From Candidatus Azophilus sp. (GTDB taxonomy: Bacteria; Pseudomonadota; Gammaproteobacteria; Pseudomonadales; Azotimanducaceae): DNA of 64,000 nucleotides. Of the stretch, positions 62,801 to 64,000 are shown piece after piece; position 1 is the stretch's first letter, and the number at the start of each line of letters is the position of its first letter. The notes under the pieces are model-generated. The model saw nothing but the letters and a program-made list of their open reading frames with translations, was not told the DNA's origin and searched no databases. Position numbers and translations under genes: made by a program. The stretch spans positions 1,252,840 to 1,316,839 of the forward strand of contig CBDFGJ010000003.1 in NCBI GenBank assembly GCA_965247035.1, read 5' to 3'.

Positions 62801-64000
62801 GCTCTCATGGGCCGCAGTGGATAATGCCGACACCTACACCCTGACCAGAGTTGTTGATGGCGGTGCTAATGTAGTAGTGGCATCTGCAATCACTGAACTG
62901 ACTGCCACTGATACCGGCCTGACTGCCGCAACTGATTACAAGTATTCCCTTATAGCGACAAATTCCGGTGGATCAAGCGTAGCTGCTGAGGCTGATGCAA
63001 GGACTGCTGATGCCCCAACTGCTGCACCTGGCCTTGCGACACTTAGAGCAGGAGAAATCACTCATAACACTATAACGCTATTATGGGATGCAGTTACTGG
63101 TGTTGACAGTTACACCGTGTTCAGAGTTGTTACAGGCAGTGCTGATGTGGTAGTGGCAACAGTGACAGTAGGCAATGCATTGACTGCCACTGATTCTGGC
63201 TTGACTGCTGAAACAGAGTATAAGTATGTCATTACCGCAAGAAATTCTATTGGGACAAGTAATTCTGTAGAGCTTCCTGTAACTACTAATGCAGCACCTA
63301 CCACCAACGCCGCGCCGACCATCACCAGAACCATTGACGATAACGCATTGAGTTATGCCGAAAACGGCAACGGAGCAGTGTGGAACTACGCCGCGACCGA
63401 TACCGATGGCGATGATGCCGCCATCACCTGGTCACTCGGCGGAACGGATGAGGAAGACTTCACGCTTGATGCCACAAGCGGCGCATTGACTTTCAACGCC
63501 ACGCCGAACTATGAGGCACCGGCGGATGCCGACACCAACAACGTTTATCGAATCACCGTAACCGCCACCGATGACGGGAGTGCGACAAGCGATTTGGCGG
63601 TAATGGTAACGGTTACTAATGCGGAAGATGCCGGAAGCGTCAACGCCATCACCGGCACCGCGCAGGTCGGGCAGACCCTGACTGCCGGCGACACGGTAAC
63701 TGACGAGGATAGCGCGGGCATGATTGCCATCACCGGCCATCAATGGCAACGGTTGCCGTCCGGCGGCGGCGCGCCCGTAGACATCGGCACTGACCAAGAT
63801 ACCTACGATGTGGTGGCTGCTGATCTCGGAGCCACCCTGCGCGTGGTCGTCTCTTATACCGATGATTTTGGCGGCAACACCGACACCGCCACCAGCGCAC
63901 CGACCGAAGCCGTGATTGCCGCGCCGGTCACGACCACACCTGCCGTGTACACTCTAAACGATGAACCTCATGCTACTGACGGAGATAAAGTAGTTATAAC
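38832..64000 (+). CDS. Giant secreted multi-domain adhesin-like protein, 3' end beyond the window (at least 8,389 codons): cadherin, FN3, PKD, Ig-like and unassigned Cys-containing domains
   Basis: ATG 38832 is the first start after in-frame TAG 38712 and opens MNKIVTQFALVSALLVAMMASMGTAHA|QT. I translated by hand continuously from 38832 to about 44100 and spot-checked frames at 49440 (YSSSEFHAVG) and 63960 (DEPHATDGDKVVI) without meeting a stop. None of the 18 plus-strand track ORFs between 38.9 and 64 kb is in this frame. That is the expected picture for one ORF with no stop in the window. Confidence 0.85.
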   Translation, partial: MNKIVTQFALVSALLVAMMASMGTAHAQTLRITGSLTPSFTENVARAAAVYAANVDGVRVTRPDWSVRGENAHLFSISRRNDGNGLLTFNEPPDFEALGATVEINVIATRSVGGSLQTASRSVLVKIINVDEPGRVNIAGESRLGATLTATVDDPDGNVRDITYQWYRTSRVDVTAFRLIDGETSRTFTIRPPSVDFSGDRDRNIQVRVEYKDVHGDQTATSHQVIRAEAISFPYSTIHTAHTIEASGPARVSPGQSYTYRVGANQVVGVNTHAVGIFSNISRQGQIVARHTDCAAHKPLFCLLTTSTSASDRYSNARLTFRDGASDYLTPSSTRQSWTYTITVSRDVEDGDTIKLIYAHRNTLAAPSGLGMEFFDIVAVVPIPEPPRNLAVRGADEEVTLSWNEPSNVADAGVLRYEYQQSTTPGNFSGGWSAIESGDSISNLRNGVRYYYQLRAVTTRGAGAMVYGNAEVGPRPVVTFFQLPTDMTATMDSTATMRFATPVRGLSRNEAEWRTNISTTNARIVSIYNVDQDKTYRGSGAAPLGFDGLTGSYEVTLRPLAAGGVSLVVHSSSVFSAAGHPSTIFSASGTALSMPPPGVPVNFAAHAGDGSIGLTWEQPVTGGVVVSYRTECVAGDSRSVKDTPELGVMHTSLVNSREYRCTLSAQNSQGESAEAVATARPLVGEGVVVDGTNFDPAGARVFTLRGPVTIRAGGVYRFELSKPFGDVEQDGQQSVALYSENNADSIALGGSGCGSRFCFSTNSPAGAYSGLDGQADSAGNNLQEGGAFWILTLHVGEDVTEGEQVFIGMREHGTSEGNRLGRMLTLNVEVAQPSPPRNLRVISSSGRATLIWVQPESDGGTPVTRYEYRVSQSPGNYPPDAESRWMGIPDSAFKIQHVVPNLQNNTRYYFQIRAVNVVGASPPSGEVSVVIRERPELAVPFTLPDDMIAGRASTVTLTFVSPVNGLGVDPADWVSDFLGSNNVVINSVRNVDQNKTYNGQGTAPVDFDRETQSYVITFTPQIFGTTSVEIGIGGVRIGGLDGAAADYNEILFLAINNSGVPLPPAAPTNLIARSFSTEDIELYWDRSIGDSPVIDYSATCTTTAPSIDPPLTHTATTTDTEVVIQGARPDAVYECRVVARNPGGSSGFASAIIRPGFTGEHTEDYRDGGFGIQLVGHRTVFAGTTNRYLLRKPSGDITRNDDVAIGIYSRTAGKVGLTGHGCTSTFCMEVDSTIPGTLFTGRGYADGAAQYLDAGGNFWTIEIKIAADARDGETFDFALVQTPRGTDKTTRLFSVTVQSSAPLSPVLASPVAGDKQVRLSWQLNSVQVGSTIATEYRQTTTAGSYPRQTSPWTRISNSAASRLSYTVGGLRNNINYYYQVRAINEVGPGTPSNEVSVHAGPRPQLSGTFALPDTMIAGDEYDTTVTFATPVNGLGISPSDWVSDFASSSNMRIIRVHNVDQNKTYNGLGNAPGGYSAETRSYTITFSPTNRGFAILTIGAGAVRIGDTNDFFSTQTFSAREVAGAPELPGTPTDFGAIPGDGSITLFWGAPTSGGTPTRYETKCSGPTSPDTTTDTETFTRTFTGLTNDREYRCQVLAHNSAGNQGTSEITVWPRVLAAGVDARTEDIAVRGVTFNLDGPTTIRPGNTYRYELRKPGGDISGNESISFAINSDDQSVGAGGEDNAGNDNGCRDSRFCISTTSQIAATDHRAIGYTDSAGWFLQGGGNYWEFDLGVKSAAVNGDQIVFTIRGPAGDTDTQAILTATVELASSSAPINLRATSALNGVRLIWDAPADFGGRAISRYEVQYRQSNTNDAWRSADADLTGTRTRTISGLVSRRAYVFRVRAITSVGVGNWSDEVTREAGTRPVLTFDATPSNTAVGAQSRVVLEFATPVEGLGVNPTDWIDDFAASTNVDIDRVENVAEGVTYDGVGEPPANYHLPTRSFVIYFTPLALGAADITIRTGGIRSELFNDAPIILGSTVDRLGRPDAPVNFVIVPSDQTLTFNWDAPTTRTVIHRYELRCDSPNSAVRVTAIDAPATTATFTGLINGDEYVCDLNSENTHAGTTKDSGNVRRRGQPLEAVGVSENAERSYPNGNVRFTVSGETTLQPGSTYTYELRKPNGNIHGDDVFAVGIRSKTANQVGYGSACGDTFCLVVEPGRATSDTTPSGYNDVAERFLEQGGEFWQATVLVSPTAPTGASVELFTRFAGTNTDAAESHRAFILTVKPASVDINFSPIGNAGPNQILLSGTRVSLNGSAFDQNNDPLTYNWEHTSTDGVEPTTPISIIDSTKAGASFIAPIVDKPTQYRFTLRVADADTAHSDRVDIVVAPSGSIVIPEYMSAFTIAGSSNLGSGLNTFTVKRTYGNYSSQIRATLSTDSSTPNQYSVFVDGKAYGRIEDTDTLGAFVWKIPLPSKNQWRIGIDPTSGARVGDTLTLGMATDNPARYYQPTRTLRYRTQVSLIANAGADQLAANGDRITLDASDSSGDSVAYSWRQTGGHMVTLTNADTATPFFIAPRLGEMTDLVFELTATDAASTTETDTVIVSVVPPGAIIIDDPERAAGQSAVFTLEGPTTLIPDTPQTYTLRLIHGGYTESGTLSEQIGVGIFSDVAADDSKFSLAIDPVVAGGVNPITCNSCGVFASAGGLAANSQNIWELTVTASGAAVEGDQVQFGLVTFTQPAQAHVPTMTLTTGKSAQNNPPAILGVTTVQYAENDSVLVAEFTATDAERDDITFGLTGLDAGFFEIGNGGDDHGKLFFQVNPDFENPDRFDINAGATDNTYQVTITATDNGSPQAVGNHPVVITLSDVSEPGTVTVTGNSQVGQELTATLQDGDAIQGEVSWQWQRSNVPPVYNDIDSATEAIYTPTNDDQGRILRARASYTDSHGSQSAADLSRRIVSAVDLVATIAELGTPTAGQPASVRVDFTSMVTDLTLERFSATNANLNSLAGSNTEYVVVYTPVTEDAVTLSLAADFAKNRDGTSNPATASGTAVMAVAESSSAIPSFTAEATFVGITTGEWSYDNEFKTAIADLIRRGAQSADVRINGLRATATALTVEFEVVAADVTRLNARLLAYNALPAAAFSRTLAKVAAGATSVTTTIATASLLTANDKPVARAGSNQTVLQGEGVTLDGGASTDSDGSITTYAWRQISGTVVALTRGATASQSVFTALHSPETLIFELTVTDNHGDIDSEQIMVTILPDADASLSGLTISSGTLAPLFLSTHPTYTAEVPIGVERITVTPTVNNDGATLMVNRVDLERGSASQAIPLTVGVPAEVVIKVTAEDGEASQTYTVTVTRTSNAGPRITGTRQVGYNENHDGTVATYTAVDVEGDAFAWSLGGEGAPFFSIDRGVLTFSDPPDFEYAEHDNTYDILITATETNRVPPAVSELPVTITVINVNEPGSVIVTGDLRVGATLTAELEDPDGGILETEYLWARQPVSASGFQRIAGETNQTYTLTTDDINHIIRSRVNYKDRFGGAFVTIDTETEAILSREYDTGRNTNSGDFTIKAEGPSTIRPGENNFTVTVVRGSYSSSEFHAVGIYSDVAVSGEETIARSVDCGRLQPLFCLRSSSSSGITEYSNAGLTYADGAADYLNVTGSRNNASGATWTYTIIVSPKALHDQVISLAYATTDEFVQGSTAYKFFDLTVEVPVPEAPRNLVVRGDDEEVTLTWDAPANVADAGVLRYEYRQSTIPRNFSGVWSAIESGDAIFNLENGIRYYYQVRAVTSRGEGAAAEASAEVVPRPEVAYFELPTDMAATMAATATMTFATPVRGLSRNEAEWRTNITTTNARIESIRNVDQDKIYRGIGAAPLGFDGLTRSYEVTFRPLTAGRINLVVHSSSVSSAAGHQNVVFSASGIVRSMPPPGVPANFAVRAGDKSISMTWEQPVTGGMVATYLTECVSGDSRSAMDTSELRVTHTSLINTRQYRCTLSARNSEGESAQAIAEARPLVDEGTAVDGTNFNPAGNRVFTIRGPVTIRAGGVYRFELSKPFGDVEHDRQQSVALYSESSADSIALGDSGCGSRFCFSTDSSVDAYSGLDGQADSAGNYLQKGGAFWMLTLHVGEDVTEGEQVFIGMREHGTSEGNRLGRMLTLNVEVAQPSEPRNLRVIGSSGRATLIWVQPESDGGTPVTRYEYRVSQTAGQYSNAQGRWMAIPDSAFKNQYVVPNLQNGRRYYFQTRAVNVAGPGQPSVEANVVIRERPELAVPFTLPEDMIAGRASTVTITFVSAVNGLGVDPVDWVSDFLGSNNVVINSVRNVDQNKTYNGQGAAPSGFDRETRSYVITFTPQIFGITSVEIGIDGVRIGGLDSTIGYGNENLLTAISHSLEPPRPSTPTGLVARLDGDDDIALDWDPAPQDDTVVDYLVTCTTTNSAIDPPLIHTATTTNTEAVIVDPRLAAEYECRVIARNQGGSSGHASATIVPRSSEIIPDETLTYSDPDSNFAIQLSRGPRTVSPGETYRYHLRLADGSIDEVTHVAIGIYSRTANKVELIDNDCSLTFCMDVANTGASGTLLTNRGYADGAAQYLQRSMIGNNWTLVIEIAADAADGETFDIAVVQTPRGVDKTSPLLSVIVHAEPPLPPIFMDPVGADGEVTLAWGPNTEKNNAIAGYEYRQTTTAGSYPSRTSPWTRVSNSAASSRVWNITGLLNNVRYYYQIRAIGETTGAGSPSAEKSVAVGPRPQLSGTFSLPGGIVAGEEANTTVTFATSVNGLAISPTDWASDFRNSVNTRVIRVRNVDQDKTYNGLGNAPEGYAAETRSYTITFSPMNDGNTSLTISEGAVRIGDSNDFFSARQFSARGSASRPARPGAPIDFGVIPGDGSATLFWGAPTSGGTPTEYEVQCVVGSTGTGTRTDTETFTHTITGLTNDREYVCHVVSVNSGGSSPRTPEISVWPRALTVGVDATTEDIAVRGVTFNLIGATTLRPMRAYRYELRKPTGDINGDTSISFAINSAETSVGAGRQDDPGDDNGCSSRFCIYTTNRTEIAKLDHRPIGYTDSAGWFLQDGGNFWTFSLEVKSEAVNGDQIVFTIRGPAGDTDIQEILTATVEIVASGAPTNLQATNQGNDIRLSWDEPDDNGGESITRYEAQYRQRNTNDAWSSVRAPRTDNPNVVITNLVSMQGYVFRVRVITSVGVGIWSDEIVRAAGTRPDLTSPAGLPDDMAVGAQSRLVLDFAAPVEGLGINPTDWIDDFSASTNVIIERVENVTEAVTYDGVGDPPANFHLPSRSFVIHFTPIALGVADITIRTRAIRRELFNDVPIVLGGEVNQLGRPDAPVNFVVTSGANTLILNWDAPATGTVIHRYRARCVDSSRDVERSATIDAPATTTTFTGLTNGEDYFCELFSENTHAGTTKNSGSVRRSGRPLAISGASSSSDQSYPNGNVRFTVNGETTLDRNGDYTYELRKPGGNIHGDDVYAVGIRSKIADQVGYGDDCGNTFCLEVHTGREISHTPPSGYLDVAERFLQRGGNYWRITVQVATFAPTGASVELFTRFAGTNNDAAESHRMLFLTVQPPGADANISPEADAGEDQILLSGVQVSLSGTGFDQNGDELTYEWEHTSTNGVEPSQRINITNSTEATASFTAPSASSTDAIEYEFSLKVEDATAADFDTVSVVVVPDGSIIIPQRNLAFAIEGPTTLELGDNQFTLIRLYGGYTNVHAGNIETQVGLVLSTALEPNLARAFDLVPPAGFFSSKNVVENGAFGRYAVEAVLTSNIFGRVFKVNAKTSARTGDLLTLGLATYQPDRFWQPTLALRYQELEELVADAGADQIVPSGASVALNAGDSTGDSVGYVWRQTEGAPAVTLTGENTATPTFTAPAVTAMTDLVFEVTVTDSTTSSQTDTLTISVAPPDAIIINHPGRAGGQAAVFTLEGPTTLIPGAQQDYTLNLIHGAYTQAAIRSEQIGVGIFSDVVTDGSKFSLSIDPAVAAGLAPLTNCGCGEFTSASGLAPNVQNTWALAVTATNEAEENDQLRLGLVTFAPTELAHQPFLTLITGQSEANNPPAISGGQTHNYAENSDAVVATFAATDAEGDAFTFGLTGLDSGLFEIGNNDAEGAINDAVGALIFKRMPNFEDPARFDSVTEIFDNTYQVTITATEDDEPTVVGTYSVVITVTDVDEPGTVTIAGSGQAGQELTATLQDEDTIAGEVSWQWHRGNQPDNGRDNPINSATAAAYTPTSDDQGRILRARASYTDTHGAKTASAVTEAITMENILLATIAELGVSTVGLPASVRISFSAAVTGLATGHFAITNASIASLAGSNTEYVLIYTPAGPGRVTLSLAADSVQDSERRGNVAATASGTAEAEVAISLPTIPSFTAAVSFDGITTGEWSFDDQFKTAIASFITGVTAADVKILGRSATATDLAVNFEVVAPDQENIDAHVQTYNAVATAVFNQTLSAIVAAAAATGVTTTTAMPGATLASTDATLSRLAVFHKDGSQATVTPALTAGTFDYAVTLPFSSDTFTFTARGDGDATITTQGQTFPSGQSSPDIAVPVGATTVNFLVTAEDGSSTQPYTLHVTRTAVATDATLSDLIISAGILSPEFDSAAAEGTAYAITVGREVSSVTVTPTVNNAFARVTVNNVAVISGQPSNDIALNLDAETSITTTDITIVVTAEDGTTRNYVITVTHISNFPPMLDGNPARDYLETDTGSVDYKITDENANDEDRASWVISGGMDAALFRIRAISTDTASVTFKRQPDFETPHDADRDQVYEVTLTATDAGTPPLSVTVEARITVTDVDEDGAVIIEGIAQVGKTLEVILTDPDAVTQTNSNGTVAAADITHKWQNSPSDSPDYADISGATEATYTLKESDAGRTIRVMPTYTDTHGSKTLTSAETNAVALETASAAPGIALVDTGFSNSDGITNNGVVNVTLANDFVLDRDTWHYSTDGSAPDTAGTNPDSGTAASFDLGDEGLDLADGTYQIRVRQTIDGTVSVIASLQMTLDQTAPTVVTFDDPAEGVFGVPQLLDVTFSEPVTGFAFGDLAGAGAFTGGSVTDTNSDRTTYTLSLIPAFVSITLGVPANGVADIAGNTGPASVAEVAITAQAAPPVVALLADTGIDGDGITSDGRIEVTLDEFFGNQATNTWEYSINDGADYTPVTDTTGTSAQFELPEGVYTANQVRVLQVVRESESLPASLGAVTIDTTAPMARLGSITGAVIDQTGQTHDITFTENVTDLVAGDFSTSTGITVTAVSGSGAAYTITYTATLASFTLTLTAASVSDIAGNPVAETSMTGIATAAPANQPPVITFDRFDDTGGVDFMGVAIYLNEGDTLTVFVNSDKPLAATSLVGAALFGFDGSVRLAQNLLRVAGTTDPYQYSATYTITTADHDAGVEFNVRGVTDTADPANPAPDFEHSLRTVNIDTEAPDIDLVGIAAVTVPHDGTYTDDGVSGEGREDTLETTITGPDGSAVNVVDPTAEGDYLITYTATDRAGNVATETRTVTVSEPVAATNTAPVVSGEAAPDYAENTPVTTPVATYTATDAESNAVEWSVGGTGAGDLTIDSASGVLTFKNPPNFEAPSDANADRVYDIIITATETDGNPSNLVSEPLAVTVTVTNVEEGVGTVSISGTPQVGMALTADTVAGDPDGFVSVDSRQWQSVDGATITDVGTDVTYTPLAADVGKTIQVVVTYTDGFGGGNTVTSARTLAVVAADAPAAPTIALAADTGSDTSDGITSNGQVNVTLAEGFDSTTDTWQYSTDGSVPVTAGTNPGTGTAASFDLGEAGLGLDDGTYQLRVHQTIDDTVSAVASLAVTLDTTAPMVDFNINNLADGVVNVLQNHDITFSEAVTDLATDDISGSLDAAVALVSGSGSTYTISITPDDTQYTLILAANAVTDLAGNANAEVRVSVDGKVNRLPVAEAGDNQPDAVTGTQVTLDGSGSTDADSGDDLAYSWAHTSTDGNPPGTPVAITEDGTAADDPATPTAVFTPTAEGAYTFTLTVTDKFSTPASDTATVVITVTPAAPATPAPVLGAVTDTSIVLSWAAVDNADTYTLTRVVDGGANVVVASAITELTATDTGLTAATDYKYSLIATNSGGSSVAAEADARTADAPTAAPGLATLRAGEITHNTITLLWDAVTGVDSYTVFRVVTGSADVVVATVTVGNALTATDSGLTAETEYKYVITARNSIGTSNSVELPVTTNAAPTTNAAPTITRTIDDNALSYAENGNGAVWNYAATDTDGDDAAITWSLGGTDEEDFTLDATSGALTFNATPNYEAPADADTNNVYRITVTATDDGSATSDLAVMVTVTNAEDAGSVNAITGTAQVGQTLTAGDTVTDEDSAGMIAITGHQWQRLPSGGGAPVDIGTDQDTYDVVAADLGATLRVVVSYTDDFGGNTDTATSAPTEAVIAAPVTTTPAVYTLNDEPHATDGDKVVI
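38930..48750 (+). repeat. Super-repeat copy A (~9.8 kb) inside the giant ORF
   Basis: It is colinear with copy B at the following offsets: 9,819 (atcaatgtg[ga]atgaaccggg, 39213 vs 49032); 9,825 (41008 vs 50833); 9,852 (43348 vs 53200); 9,864 (44641 vs 54505); and 9,916 (46932 vs 56848). The domain order is the same from the cadherin domain to the cadherin-like beta-sandwich. Confidence 0.85.
39984..45520 (+). repeat. Four tandem four-domain modules (FN3a, Ig-like, Cys-pair FN3b, unassigned Cys domain) in super-repeat A
   Basis: Module starts are at about 39984 (PEPPRNLAVRG), 41328 (QPSPPRNLRVIS), 42725 (APLSPVLASPVAGDKQVRLSW) and 44140 (SSAPINLRATS). The periods are about 1,344, 1,397 and 1,415 bp, and the last module is about 1,380 bp. 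Confidence 0.8.
48751..58740 (+). repeat. Super-repeat copy B (~10.0 kb) inside the giant ORF
   Basis: Same evidence as for copy A. Copy B ends with two cadherin-like beta-sandwich units (58,110-58,740) where copy A has one (48,450-48,750). Confidence 0.85.
49809..55385 (+). repeat. Four tandem four-domain modules in super-repeat B
   Basis: Module starts are at about 49809 (PEAPRNLVVRG), 51153 (QPSEPRNLRVIG), 52565 (EPPLPPIFMDPVGADGEVTLAW) and 54000 (ASGAPTNLQATN). Confidence 0.8.
62770..63300 (+). other. Low-GC in-frame patch encoding two FN3 domains within the giant ORF
   Basis: Hand GC counts on 60-nt lines give 50% (62821), 52% (62881), 42% (63061), 43% (63181) and 38% (63241). A flanking line at 63841 gives ~60%. 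The patch encodes VLGAVTDTSIVLSWAAVDNADTYTLTRVV...TDYKYSLIATNSGGSS and LRAGEITHNTITLLWDAVTGVDSYTVFRVV...TEYKYVITARNSIGTS. Confidence 0.8.

Overview
High-GC proteobacterial chromosome segment in three parts. (1) 1-8.7 kb holds ordinary metabolic and transport genes: an edge-truncated enoyl-CoA hydratase missing from the ORF track, a CDF metal exporter, an M20 amidohydrolase plus NAD-binding oxidoreductase pair, a cysteine-synthase-family PLP enzyme, a CBS-pair protein, an SDR and an MDR oxidoreductase. This part also contains a 216-bp tandem duplication that creates a chimeric SDR fragment. (2) 8.9-23.2 kb is a complete, colinear S10-spc-alpha ribosomal superoperon of 28 genes (rpsJ to rplQ, including secY, rpmJ and rpoA). 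It is followed by an aldo/keto reductase, a possible nitroreductase remnant and tRNA-Ser(UGA). (3) 24.6-64 kb, directly downstream of the tRNA, is an accessory region. It carries an orphan T6SS baseplate-wedge trio (tssE-tssF-tssG) with no other T6SS core gene in view. Next comes a triple-frameshifted secreted adhesin fragment, then a 2,909-aa C-terminal-barrel autotransporter whose passenger is built from Ig-like, cadherin, PKD and DUF5011-like modules. Last is a giant Sec-signal ORF starting at 38832 that is still open at 64000 (at least 8,389 codons) and is absent from the ORF track because it has no stop in the window. The giant ORF contains a ~9.8-kb internal duplication. Each copy holds four ~1.35-1.43-kb four-domain modules that include an unassigned Cys-containing domain. 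Other points of interest are degenerate signal-peptide leader ORFs overlapping the start codons of both big genes (ATGA), poly-C tracts, low-GC in-frame domain patches and shared recombination cassettes. No CRISPR array, transposase, integrase or rRNA was seen. All domain calls come from reading the translations by eye; no searches were run.
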